From Mycolicibacterium smegmatis (GTDB lineage Bacteria > Actinomycetota > Actinomycetes > Mycobacteriales > Mycobacteriaceae): DNA of 32,000 bases. Below are positions 17,095 to 27,549 of the stretch, piece after piece. The notes under the pieces are model-generated. The model ran no database searches. It was not told the DNA's origin and worked only from the letters and a program-made list of their open reading frames with translations. The position numbers and the translations under genes were made by a program. The stretch is from assembly GCF_001457595.1 (NCBI RefSeq), contig NZ_LN831039.1:4980001-5012000 (forward strand). The letters are read 5' to 3'. Within the stretch, counting starts at the first letter, position 1, and each line of letters starts with the position of its first letter.

Positions 17095-18564
17095 ATGAAT
17101 GTGGACGTCGGAAGGCGGATGGTGGCGAGGGTTTGCTGGGGAGCCTTCCTTGCGGTATGTGCGATCACGCTGGCCGGGTGCAGCAGCGACCCGGTGATCG
17201 CCGGGCGGGCGACGTCGATGCTGTTCGTCCCCGACCGCGTCGGCGGGCTGCAGGTGACCGAGGGCCCGAGCGGCACCCGGCCTGACGCCCCCGCCCCCAG
17301 ACGCCAGGCCGAGAACACCGACGGCGGCCAGATCGACAACCTGGCACTGCTCGCGGTCGACGACATCGAAGATTTCTGGTCGCAGAACTATTCGGGCGGA
17401 TCGCTGCGCGGTTCGTTCACGCCGATCCGCCGCCTGGTGTCCTACAACTCCGACCAGTCCCCCGGCATCGAGATCTGCGGTGAGGACACCGAAGGCCTCA
17501 CCAACGCGTTCTACTGCTTCAACGACGACGTCATGGCCTGGGACCGCGGCGTCGCGATCCCGGTGGCCGCACAGTATTTCGGCCAGATGGGCGTGGTCGG
17601 CGTGATGGCCCACGAATACGGCCACGCCGTGCAGCATCAGGCCGGGCTGATCGACACCCGGTCGACGCCCGTGCTAATCGCCGAACAACAGGCCGACTGC
17701 TTCGCCGGGGTCTACCTGCGCTGGGTCGCGGCGGGCAATTCACCGCGCTTCGCGCTGAGCACAGGCGACGGTCTCAACCATGTCCTCGCGGGCATCATCT
17801 ACATCCGCGATCCGCTCATGACACAACTCGACGCCGCGCTCACCGGCAACGAACACGGTTCGGCGCTCGACCGCGTGAGCGCCTTCCAGATCGGCTTCAG
17901 CGGCAACGTCGACCAGTGCGCTGCGATCGACATGGACGACATCAAGAAGCGGCGCGGCGACCTTCCCAAGTTCCTCGACGGCGTCGTCGCCGATCCCTCG
18001 GCCGGAAACGACGAGATCACCGAGGACCTGCTCACCGACGTCATGGACTCGCTGGGCCAGATCTTCGCGCCGGCCGACCCGCCGAGCCTGACCATCGGCG
18101 ACGCGTCCGGATGCCCCGACGCGCAACCCACACCGCCTGCGTCGTACTGCCCGGCCACGAACACGATCGTCGTCGACATGCCGGGCCTGCAGGCCCTGGG
18201 CGAGACCAAGACCGAGAACGAGGAACAGGAGCTGCTGCAGGGCGACAACTCCGCGATCTCGGTGCTGACATCGCGCTACGCGCTCGCGGTCGCCCGCGAG
18301 AAGGGCCACGCGATCGACAATCCCGTGGCCGCCATGCGCACGGCGTGCCTCACCGGCGTCGCGCAGGCCGCGATGGCCGAACCCGGTCTGCCCGTGCGCC
18401 TGTCGGCGGGCGACACCGACGAGGCGATCAGCGGGTTGCTGACCAACGGGCTCGCGGCCAGCGACGTCAACGGCGCGTTGCTCCCCGCGGGGTTCACGCG
18501 CATCCTGGGCTACCGATCCGGGCTGCAAGGTGACGATGCGCAGTGCTACCAACGGTTCCCGTGA
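17095..18564 (+). CDS. putative neutral zinc metallopeptidase, lipoprotein
   Basis: HEYGHAVQH (HExxH). N-terminal signal with lipobox LAGC (FLAVCAITLAGCSSD). The exact start is uncertain (ATG 17095, GTG 17101 or ATG 17119). Confidence 0.8.
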   Translation: MNVDVGRRMVARVCWGAFLAVCAITLAGCSSDPVIAGRATSMLFVPDRVGGLQVTEGPSGTRPDAPAPRRQAENTDGGQIDNLALLAVDDIEDFWSQNYSGGSLRGSFTPIRRLVSYNSDQSPGIEICGEDTEGLTNAFYCFNDDVMAWDRGVAIPVAAQYFGQMGVVGVMAHEYGHAVQHQAGLIDTRSTPVLIAEQQADCFAGVYLRWVAAGNSPRFALSTGDGLNHVLAGIIYIRDPLMTQLDAALTGNEHGSALDRVSAFQIGFSGNVDQCAAIDMDDIKKRRGDLPKFLDGVVADPSAGNDEITEDLLTDVMDSLGQIFAPADPPSLTIGDASGCPDAQPTPPASYCPATNTIVVDMPGLQALGETKTENEEQELLQGDNSAISVLTSRYALAVAREKGHAIDNPVAAMRTACLTGVAQAAMAEPGLPVRLSAGDTDEAISGLLTNGLAASDVNGALLPAGFTRILGYRSGLQGDDAQCYQRFP

Positions 18565-18580
18565 GAGGCCAGGAGAAGTC

Positions 18581-19192
18581 ATGAGCGGACCCGAGCGGCC
18601 CTGGTGGGTGAGGCCCGGTGGTGCACCGCCACCACCCGGCGCACCCCGGCCTGCCGCGCCTGGGCCCCGCCCAGGCCCACCACCCGGCCCGCCACCCGGT
18701 CCGCTCCGACCGCCCGCCGCACCGCCCCGCCACAGTGCACCTCCCCCGCGCGCGACCCGGCCGGCACCTCGCCCCAACCCGTACGCCCCGCTGCCGCGGC
18801 CCCGTGCCCAGGGCGGCCCGTCAGCTCCGTCGTCGGCACCGCCGCGCCGCAGGCACAAGGCTCCGGCGCGCTGGCAGGTCGTCGCCATGGCCGCGGCGGC
18901 CGTCGTCGTCATCGCCGCGGTGGCCGTGGGACTGTGGATGCGCGGTGAGGCCGGCGGCCCGCGCCTCGACGTGCGCCAGGCCGAGGCCGGCGTGGCCGAG
19001 ATCCTGTCCGATCCGGTGTACGGCTACGGCGCGAACGACGTTGCCGCGGTGGCGTGCAACAACGGCAAGAACCCCCGCGTCGAGGTCGGCTCGACGTTCA
19101 TGTGCGCGGTCGACATCAACGGCACCGTGCGGCAGGTGGTGGTCGAGTTCACCGACGACGACGGCACGTACGCCGTCGACGGCCCCCGCTGA
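18581..19192 (+). CDS. Pro-rich membrane-anchored protein with a C-terminal DUF4333-like domain
   Basis: ATG 18581 is preceded by AGGAGAAG. It has about 95 Pro-rich residues (PGPRPGPPPGPPPGP), one TM helix (VVAMAAAAVVVIAAVAVGLW), then a two-Cys domain VACNNG...FMCAVDINGTVRQVVVEFTDDDGTY, as in mycobacterial DUF4333 proteins. Confidence 0.75.
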   Translation: MSGPERPWWVRPGGAPPPPGAPRPAAPGPRPGPPPGPPPGPLRPPAAPPRHSAPPPRATRPAPRPNPYAPLPRPRAQGGPSAPSSAPPRRRHKAPARWQVVAMAAAAVVVIAAVAVGLWMRGEAGGPRLDVRQAEAGVAEILSDPVYGYGANDVAAVACNNGKNPRVEVGSTFMCAVDINGTVRQVVVEFTDDDGTYAVDGPR

Positions 19193-19294
19193 GGGCCCGC
19201 GAAGTGAGCTGCGTCATATCGACGCGTGTCCAGTGATCACTGTCATGATCATTCGACGCGGTCGGTATTTAGACCGACTATTAGTGTGAATGCA

Positions 19295-21148
19295 ATGGGT
19301 CGGGTTTCGTCGGGCAGCACTGTCGCCCATTCCTCCTCCATCGAGGACTACCTCCGCTCCGACGGCACCATCGTGGTGCCCGACGGCGTCACACTCACGT
19401 CTTTCCTCGACCGCAATCGCGCGATCTACGGGGACCGTCCGTCGTACCGGTTCATCGACTATTCGCACGATCCCGACGGTCAGGCCGTCGAGCTCAGCTG
19501 GAATGCCCTGTGGGCGCAGGTGTGCGCGGTCGGCGCGCGCCTGCAGCAGGTCACCCGGCCGCGCGACCGCGTCGCGATCCTGACCCCGCAGGGCGTGGAC
19601 TACGTCGCGGCGTTCTTCGCGGCGATCCACGCGGGCAATGTCGCGGTGCCGCTGTTCGCACCGAGTCTCGCGGGCCACACCGAGCGCCTCGCGGCCGTGC
19701 TGGCCGACGCAAGGCCCACCGTCGTGCTGACGACCACCGCGGCCTCGGAGTCGGTGCGCAAGTTCCTGCGCACGCTGCCCGCGGCCGAGCGGCCGCGCAT
19801 GATCGCCGTCGACGCGGTACCCACGACGCTGGCCGACATGTTCACCGCGCCCGAGGTCGACACCGACGACGTCGCCTACCTGCAGTACACGTCGGGTTCG
19901 ACGCGCACGCCGGCAGGCGTCGAGATCACGCATCGCAACGTGTGCACCAACGTGCTGCAGATGATCCTCGCCGGTGATCTGGAGATGGGCATCCGCAGCG
20001 TCAGCTGGCTGCCGCTCTACCACGACATGGGCCTGATCATGATCATGTTCCCGGCGTTGTGCGGCAACCACATCACGCTCATGGATCCCATGGCGTTCGT
20101 CCGGCGGCCCTACCGCTGGATCAAGCAGCTCGGCATCGAGGCCGCCTACGGGCGCACACTCGCGGCCGCACCGAATTTCGCCTACGAGCTGGCCGCCGAG
20201 CGCGGGCTCCCGCCGAGCGGCGACGCGCTGGATCTGAGCAACGTCGTGACGCTGCTCAACGGGTCCGAACCGGTGACCATGGCGGCGGTCGAGAAGTTCA
20301 CGACGGCGTTCGCGCCGTACGGACTGCCCGCGACCGCGGTCAAACCGTCCTACGGCATGGCCGAGGCGACGCTGTCGGTCGCGAGCATCGCGCCGTCGGC
20401 CGCGGCCAGCGTCATCCACTTCGACCGCGAGGAGCTGAGCGCGGGCCGCGCCGTGGCCGTCGCGCACGGCACCGACCGCGCCGTGCCGCACGTGTCGTGC
20501 GGTCAGCCGATCCCCAACCAGTGGGCCGTGATCGCCGACGCCGACGGCAACGAGGCACCTGACGGCGCGGTGGGCGAGATCTGGTTGCACGGCAACAACA
20601 TCGGGCAGGGCTACTTCGGCCGTGCCGACGAGACCGAGCGCGTGTTCGGCAACAAGCTGCAGACGCGCCTGGACGCGGGCAGCCACGCCGACGGCGCACC
20701 CGACAACGGCGCGTGGCTCGCGACAGGCGATCTCGGTGTCTACGTCGACGGTGAGCTGTACCTGACCGGACGGATCAAGGACCTCATCGTCATCGACGGC
20801 CGCAACCACTACCCCACCGACATCGAGACCACGGTGAGCCTGTCGTCACCGGCCGTGCGGTCCGGTTACGTCGCGGCGTTCTCGATCCCCGGCGAGCGCG
20901 GCGAGGAGCTGGCGATCGTCGCCGAGCGCGCGGCGGGTGCGGGCCGCGCCGAACCCGGCCCGATCGTCGACGCCGTGCGCGCCGCGGTGTCGCGTCAGCA
21001 TCAGGTGCGGGTGGCCGATGTGCGGATGGTCGCCGCGGGCGTCATCCCTCGCACGACGAGCGGCAAGCTCGCGCGCAGCGCGTGCCGCGCGGAATATCTG
21101 GCGGGCAAGTACGACCCGGTCGCGAAAACTGCGCCGCAACCGGCGTGA
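19295..21148 (+). CDS. fatty acyl-AMP ligase (FAAL, FadD32/FadD33-like)
   Basis: N-terminal pattern YRFIDYS...ELSWNALWAQVCAVGARLQQVTRPRDRVAILTPQGVDYVAAFFAAIHAGNVAVPLF and LQYTSGSTRTPAGVEITH, typical of mycobacterial FAALs. The ATG 19295 start is tentative (weak RBS). Confidence 0.8.
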   Translation: MGRVSSGSTVAHSSSIEDYLRSDGTIVVPDGVTLTSFLDRNRAIYGDRPSYRFIDYSHDPDGQAVELSWNALWAQVCAVGARLQQVTRPRDRVAILTPQGVDYVAAFFAAIHAGNVAVPLFAPSLAGHTERLAAVLADARPTVVLTTTAASESVRKFLRTLPAAERPRMIAVDAVPTTLADMFTAPEVDTDDVAYLQYTSGSTRTPAGVEITHRNVCTNVLQMILAGDLEMGIRSVSWLPLYHDMGLIMIMFPALCGNHITLMDPMAFVRRPYRWIKQLGIEAAYGRTLAAAPNFAYELAAERGLPPSGDALDLSNVVTLLNGSEPVTMAAVEKFTTAFAPYGLPATAVKPSYGMAEATLSVASIAPSAAASVIHFDREELSAGRAVAVAHGTDRAVPHVSCGQPIPNQWAVIADADGNEAPDGAVGEIWLHGNNIGQGYFGRADETERVFGNKLQTRLDAGSHADGAPDNGAWLATGDLGVYVDGELYLTGRIKDLIVIDGRNHYPTDIETTVSLSSPAVRSGYVAAFSIPGERGEELAIVAERAAGAGRAEPGPIVDAVRAAVSRQHQVRVADVRMVAAGVIPRTTSGKLARSACRAEYLAGKYDPVAKTAPQPA

Positions 21149-21235
21149 TGGTGCGGGCGGTGGGACTCGAACCCACACGTTCTCTCGAACACGGGCACCT
21201 AAAACCCGCGCGTATACCGATTTCGCCACGCCCGC
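21149..21235 (-). tRNA. tRNA-Leu (anticodon UAG), type II with a long variable arm and encoded CCA
   Basis: The reverse complement folds by hand as acceptor GCGGGCG/CGCCCGC, anticodon stem CGGGT/GCCCG with loop TT-TAG-GT, variable arm TGTTCGAGAGAACGT and T-arm GTGGG-TTCGAGT-CCCAC, ending ACCA. Length 87 nt. Confidence 0.95.
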
Positions 21236-21331
21236 AGCGTGCCGATCGTACCGCCTCGTGCCGACCACTCGTGGTCACCGCCCGGCTTGACACCTTGGTC
21301 AGGCCGAATGACCTCGCGGTACCGTGGAACC

Positions 21332-21706
21332 ATGTCCACTACACGGCGTAGGAGACCGGCGCTCATCCTGCTGGTGTTCGTCGCCGCTGCCGGCTGCATG
21401 GCATTGGCGTGGTGGCAGTGGACGCGATTCGAGTCGAACTCCGGCACCTTCCAGAACCTGGGCTACGCGTTGCAGTGGCCCATGTTCTCCGGGTTCTGCT
21501 TCTACGCGTACTACAAGTTCGTGCGCTACGAAGAAGCTCCTCCCGAGCGCCCCAAGGACACGGTGACCGAGATCCCCGAGGGTCTGCTGCCCGAACGGCC
21601 GAGGCACGTGGCCAGGGAGCGCACGGCCGACGACGACGATCCGGCACTCGCGGAGTACAACGCCTACCTCGCCGAACTGGCAAAGAAGAAAGAGCAGGAC
21701 CGATAG
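21332..21706 (+). CDS. conserved membrane/lipoprotein, LprD (Rv1343c)-like
   Basis: MSTTRRRRPALILLVFVAAAGCMALAWWQW (signal/TM with an AAGC lipobox-like site). Its size and its position next to the DUF3817 gene and rdgB-rph match the Mtb locus. Confidence 0.7.
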   Translation: MSTTRRRRPALILLVFVAAAGCMALAWWQWTRFESNSGTFQNLGYALQWPMFSGFCFYAYYKFVRYEEAPPERPKDTVTEIPEGLLPERPRHVARERTADDDDPALAEYNAYLAELAKKKEQDR

Positions 21707-22051
21707 ATGACCGAACCGGCAGCCGAGGTCAGCACCCCCAGGGAGACCATCCGCAAGGCGCTCGTGGGCTACCGTATCTTCGCGTGGGCGACCGGCCTGT
21801 GGCTGATCGCGCTGTGCTACGAGATGGTGCTCAAGTACATCGTCCAGGTCGACAACCCGCCGGGCTGGATCGGCATCGTGCACGGCTGGGTGTACTTCAT
21901 CTACCTGATGTTCACGGCCAACCTGGCGGTCAAGATCCGCTGGCCCATCGGCAAGACCATCGGCGTGCTGCTGGCAGGCACCATCCCGTTCCTCGGCATC
22001 ATCGTCGAGCACTTCAACACCCGCGACGTCAAGAAGCGCTTCGAGCTCTAA
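21707..22051 (+). CDS. DUF3817-type integral membrane protein (Rv1342c-like)
   Basis: 114 aa with 3-4 hydrophobic segments (YRIFAWATGLWLIALCYEMVLKY...). The ATG immediately follows the upstream TAG. Confidence 0.75.
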   Translation: MTEPAAEVSTPRETIRKALVGYRIFAWATGLWLIALCYEMVLKYIVQVDNPPGWIGIVHGWVYFIYLMFTANLAVKIRWPIGKTIGVLLAGTIPFLGIIVEHFNTRDVKKRFEL

Positions 22052-22650
22052 CCCTCCAACGCGCGCAGCGCGGGCACCAGGAGCGTCAACGCGCGGCCGC
22101 GGTGTGAGGACGCGTCCTTCTCGGCCGGGGTGAGCTCGGCGGCCGTGCGCTCCGACCCCTCGGGCAGGAACACCGGGTCGTAGCCGAACCCGCCGTCGCC
22201 GCGGGGTTCACGCGTGACCGTGCCGGGCCACTCGCCGCGCACCACAGTCGATCCCGAGGCCGACACCAACGCGCACGCCGACACGAACGCCGCGCCGCGG
22301 CGCTCGTCGGGCACATCGGCCAGTTGCGCGAGCAGCAGTTCGGTGTTGGCGGCGTCGTTGCCGTGCGTGCCGGACCAGCGTGCCGACAGCACTCCCGGCA
22401 TGCCGTTGAGCGCCGCGACGGTGATCCCCGAGTCGTCGGCCACGCACGCCAGCCCGGTCGCCTCGAACCCGTCGCGGGCCTTGGCCAACGCGTTCTCCTC
22501 GAAAGTCGCACCGGTCTCGGGTGATTCGTCGTACGGGGCGACGTCGTCGAGGGACAACAGCCGCAGACCCGATATGCCCGCCGCGTCGAGCACACGCCTC
22601 AGTTCGGCCAGCTTCTTCTTGTTGCGGCTGGCCACGAGCAGTTCAGTCAC
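22048..22650 (-). CDS. rdgB: non-canonical purine NTP pyrophosphatase (RdgB/HAM1)
   Basis: LLVASRNKKKLAELRRVL, ...DDSGI..., FGYDPVF. Confidence 0.93.
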   Translation of the reverse strand: MTELLVASRNKKKLAELRRVLDAAGISGLRLLSLDDVAPYDESPETGATFEENALAKARDGFEATGLACVADDSGITVAALNGMPGVLSARWSGTHGNDAANTELLLAQLADVPDERRGAAFVSACALVSASGSTVVRGEWPGTVTREPRGDGGFGYDPVFLPEGSERTAAELTPAEKDASSHRGRALTLLVPALRALEG

Positions 22651-22656
22651 CGAAAG

Positions 22657-23436
22657 TCAGCTTCCGAACGCCTTTTTCGGGGCCGGCCCCTCGGGAAGCA
22701 CACCCGGGTACGGCGCGTCGAGCGCCTCACGCTGCAGCACGAACAACTGCTCGGTGGCCCCGAGCGCGGCGTCGAGCATCTTGTCGAGCGTCGAGCGCGG
22801 GAACGTGGCCCCTTCGCCGGTGCCCTGGATCTCGACGAGCGTTCCCGTGTCGGTGGCGACGACGTTCATGTCGACCTCGGCACGCGAATCCTCGGAGTAG
22901 GGCAGGTCGACCCGCACGCGTCCGTCGACCACGCCGACCGACACGGCGGCGATCGCGCACGAAAGCGGCCGCGGATCCGACAGCCGGCCCGCCGCGGCGA
23001 GCCACGTCACCGCGTCGGACAGCGCCACGTAGGCGCCCGTGATGGCCGCGGTGCGCGTGCCGCCGTCGGCCTGCAGCACATCGCAGTCGATCGCGATGGT
23101 GTTCTCGCCCAGCGCCGCGAGGTCGATGCACGCGCGCAGCGACCGGCCGATCAGCCGGCTGATCTCCTGCGTGCGGCCGCCGATGCGGCCCTTGACCGAC
23201 TCACGGTCCGAGCGGTCGTGCGTGGCGGCGGGCAGCATCGCGTACTCCGCGGTGAGCCAGCCCTGCCCGGAGCCCTTGCGCCAGCGCGGCACCCCCTCGG
23301 TCACCGATGCCGTACACATGACCCGGGTCTGGCCGAACTCCACGAGCACCGAACCCGCCGGATGCGAGGTGAAGCCGCGGGTGATCACCACTGGACGCAG
23401 CTCGTCGTCAAGCCGCCCGTCTTCTCGTCTGGACAC
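22657..23436 (-). CDS. rph: ribonuclease PH
   Basis: [19 protein letters not shown]...[14 protein letters not shown]...[15 protein letters not shown]. Confidence 0.96.
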   Translation of the reverse strand: MSRREDGRLDDELRPVVITRGFTSHPAGSVLVEFGQTRVMCTASVTEGVPRWRKGSGQGWLTAEYAMLPAATHDRSDRESVKGRIGGRTQEISRLIGRSLRACIDLAALGENTIAIDCDVLQADGGTRTAAITGAYVALSDAVTWLAAAGRLSDPRPLSCAIAAVSVGVVDGRVRVDLPYSEDSRAEVDMNVVATDTGTLVEIQGTGEGATFPRSTLDKMLDAALGATEQLFVLQREALDAPYPGVLPEGPAPKKAFGS

Positions 23437-23470
23437 GTGCCAACCCTATCCGGTGGCACCGACGCGCAGG

Positions 23471-24238
23471 TCAGCCGCGGGTGATGTCGAACGCCTCGCC
23501 GCACACCACCGCGTGCACGGGGCCGTCGAACTCGGCCTTCGCCTCGCTGATGACGTCCTCACGCGAGGTCCACGGCGGGATGTGGGTCAGCAGCAACTCA
23601 CCGACACCGGCCTCGGCCGCGGCCCGGCCCGCCTCGGTGCCCGAAAGGTGCAGGCGCGGCGGGCGGGACGGATCGTGCGTCCACGACGCCTCGCACAGGA
23701 AGATGTCGGCGCCGCGCGCCAGTTCGACGAGTGCGTCGCAGTAGCCGGTGTCGCCGCTGTAGACCAGTGTGGCGCCCGAGGGATCGGTGAACCGCATGCC
23801 GTAGGACTCGGTGGGGTGGCACACCAGCCGCGGCGTGACGTCGAGCGCGCCGAGCGTGACCGACTGGCCGTCCACCCAGTTGCGCACCTCGAAGATGTCG
23901 GAGAAGTCGTCGACCTCGCCGCCCTCGGGTGAGGACGCCATGCCCAGCCGGGTCCACGTCTGGGCCGGGCCGTACAGCACACCGCGCGTGGTGGCGGGCA
24001 TCGGATGGTAACGGCGCCACACGAACAGCCCGGGCAGATCGAGGCAGTGGTCGGCGTGCAGATGCGACAGCAGGACGTTGACCGTGTTGGGGTCGGCATA
24101 GCGCTGCAACGCACCGAGCACTCCGCCGCCGAAGTCGATGACCATCGGGACCGTGTCCGGTGCGGTGACGAGGTAGCCCGAGGCCGGCGAATCCGGGCCG
24201 ACAACGCTGCCGGAGCAACCCAGGATGGTCAAACGCAC
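23471..24238 (-). CDS. MBL-fold metallo-hydrolase (Rv1339-type)
   Basis: LSHLHADHCLD (HxHxDH). Syntenic position between murI and rph. Confidence 0.85.
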   Translation of the reverse strand: MRLTILGCSGSVVGPDSPASGYLVTAPDTVPMVIDFGGGVLGALQRYADPNTVNVLLSHLHADHCLDLPGLFVWRRYHPMPATTRGVLYGPAQTWTRLGMASSPEGGEVDDFSDIFEVRNWVDGQSVTLGALDVTPRLVCHPTESYGMRFTDPSGATLVYSGDTGYCDALVELARGADIFLCEASWTHDPSRPPRLHLSGTEAGRAAAEAGVGELLLTHIPPWTSREDVISEAKAEFDGPVHAVVCGEAFDITRG

Positions 24239-24300
24239 ACTGCTAGCTTGCCATGCCCGCTACCCCTGGTGCCAAGACATGCCCGGTTTGGCGACACAGA

Positions 24301-25134
24301 TCATCTTCCGGCGCCGGCGTGACGTCGGACCGGACGCACACCGTCCAACGTCGGGCCCAGGAAACGCGCGGCCAGGGCCGTGAAGGCCTCGGGATCGCCG
24401 GTCGCCTCGAAGCGCCGCACGGCGGTCACCGACGGGTCGTCCGGATGCGGTCGCAGCAAATCCAATTCGGTCAGCACCCGCAGCAGGTCCTTGGCGGTTT
24501 CCTCGGCCGACGACACGAGCGTGACGTTGTCGCCCATCGCGAGCTGGATCAGCCCCGACAGCATCGGGTAGTGGGTGCAGCCGAGCACCAGCGTGTCGAC
24601 CTCGGCGAGTTGCAGGGGTTCCAGGTAGCCCTCGGCGAGGCCGAGCACCTGGCGGCCGCTGGTGACGCCGCGCTCGACGAAGTCGACGAACCGCGGGCAC
24701 GCCACCGTGAACACCTCGGTGTCGCGGGCCGCGGCGAACGCGTCCTGGTAGGCGCCCGAGGCGATCGTCGCCTGGGTGCCGATCACCCCGATGCGCCCGT
24801 TGCGGGTGGCCGCGACCGCGCGGCGCACCGCGGGCAGGATCACCTCGACGACGGGCACCGGCGAGTAGCGCTCCCTGGCGTCGCGCAGGCACGCCGACGA
24901 CGCGGTGTTGCATGCGATCACCAGTGCCTTGACGCCGCGCGACACGAGGTCGTCGCCGATCGCCAGGGAGTGCGCGCGGATCTGCGGGATGGTCAGCGGC
25001 CCGTACGGCCCGTTGCCGGTGTCGCCGACGTAGACGATGTCCTCGTCGGGCAGTTGGTCGATGATGGCGCGCGCCACCGTGAGGCCGCCGACACCGGAAT
25101 CGAAGATCCCGATCGGCGCGAGTCGATCGCTCAT
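24301..25134 (-). CDS. murI: glutamate racemase
   Basis: [28 protein letters not shown]. Confidence 0.96.
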
Positions 25135-25790
25135 GAGGTCAGATATGGCCGGCTCCGTTTACGTGAATCCCGTGCCTTGCGTTCGGGTCCGGCCAGTACG
25201 TACGCGGCGACGACGCCCGCGATCGCGCCGCACAGATGTCCCTGCCACGACACCCCGCCGCACCCGTTGAGCACCGGCACGGCGCCCCACAGGATGCCGC
25301 CGTACACCAGCAGCACGAGGATGCCGACGACGATCTGCCAGGCGTTGCGCGTGAACCAGCCGAACACCAGCAGGAACGTGAGCCAGCCGAAGATCAGCCC
25401 CGACGCGCCGATGTGGTTGGTGGGCAACGGGCAACCGCCGACGTCGCCGATCAGCCACGTGCCGATGCCGCCAAGGATCCAGATGATCGCGGTGGCCCAC
25501 ACGAACCGCGCCAGCCCGGCCAGCGTCACCAAGAAGCCCAGCACCAGCGCGGGCACGGTGTTGGCCATCAGGTGTTCCCAGTTGGCGTGCAACAGCGGCG
25601 CGAACAGCACACCCCACAGCCCGTCGGTCTCCAGTGGCCGGATGCCGTTGCGGTCCAGGCGCCCGCCGGACAATTGATCGGCGAGTTCGACGACGTAGAG
25701 CAGTGCGACGAAGGTCAGGATCGTGATGCCGCCGGTCTTCCACGCCGGCGACTTGTTCTTCTTCGGTGCGGGGCCGGTGGGCAGGGTCAT
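25131..25790 (-). CDS. rhomboid-family intramembrane serine protease
   Basis: [11 protein letters not shown] and [11 protein letters not shown] (GxSG). Starts at ATG 25790. The ORF-track start at 26045 overlaps cysM in another frame. The stop overlaps the murI ATG as ATGA. Confidence 0.85.
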
Positions 25791-25827
25791 GCCGGTTCCA
25801 CGACCACGTGCGAAACCAGGTGCCCGA

Positions 25828-27088
<1,261 letters not shown>

Positions 27089-27097
27089 GATTGCTCC

Positions 27098-27514
27098 TTA
27101 GCTGTACTGCTCAACGATATCGACGGGTTCCTCGGTCACGACGCCGTCGACGATGCGGTAGCTGCGGAACTCGTGCTCGTCGGGGTCGCGGGTGGAGATC
27201 AGGACGTAGTGCGCGTCGGGCTCGGCGGCGATCGCCACGTCGGTGCGGCTTGGGTAGGCCTCGGTGCCGGTGTGCGAGTGGTAGATGACGACGGGCACCT
27301 CGTCGTTGTCGTCCATCTCGCGCCACACCCGCAGCTGCTCCATGGAGTCGAACCGGTAGAAGGTCGGCGAACGCTCGGCGTTGGTCATCGCGATGAACCG
27401 CTCGGGCCGGTCGGACCCCTCGGGCCCGGCGATGACCCCGCACGCCTCGTCGGGGTGGTCGGCACGTGCGTGCGCCACCATGGCGTCGACCAGGTCGCGA
27501 CGTATCACCAACAC
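27098..27514 (-). CDS. mec: JAMM/MPN+ metalloprotease Mec
   Basis: JAMM motif HSHTGTEAYPSRTD (HxH-x7-S-x2-D), with an upstream E (DEACG). Confidence 0.92.
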   Translation of the reverse strand: MLVIRRDLVDAMVAHARADHPDEACGVIAGPEGSDRPERFIAMTNAERSPTFYRFDSMEQLRVWREMDDNDEVPVVIYHSHTGTEAYPSRTDVAIAAEPDAHYVLISTRDPDEHEFRSYRIVDGVVTEEPVDIVEQYS

Positions 27515-27549
27515 TGCCTACTCACCCTTCCTCACGGTCACGCCGACCG

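Noticed and set aside
17740-18912. Gly-rich 390-aa minus-strand ORF (GGAGGRSGPGGGPGGGPGRG...) that superficially resembles a PE_PGRS or glycine-rich protein.
   Set aside because: It is the antisense reading of the Pro-rich (CCN) tract of the DUF4333-like gene and of the metallopeptidase gene. It has no PE domain, and both sense genes have strong motif and RBS support.
21236-21331. Integrase, attachment-site duplicate or genomic island next to tRNA-Leu.
   Set aside because: No recombinase-like ORF lies on either side. I found no second copy of the tRNA 3' half in the window. The neighbouring genes are conserved housekeeping or membrane genes.
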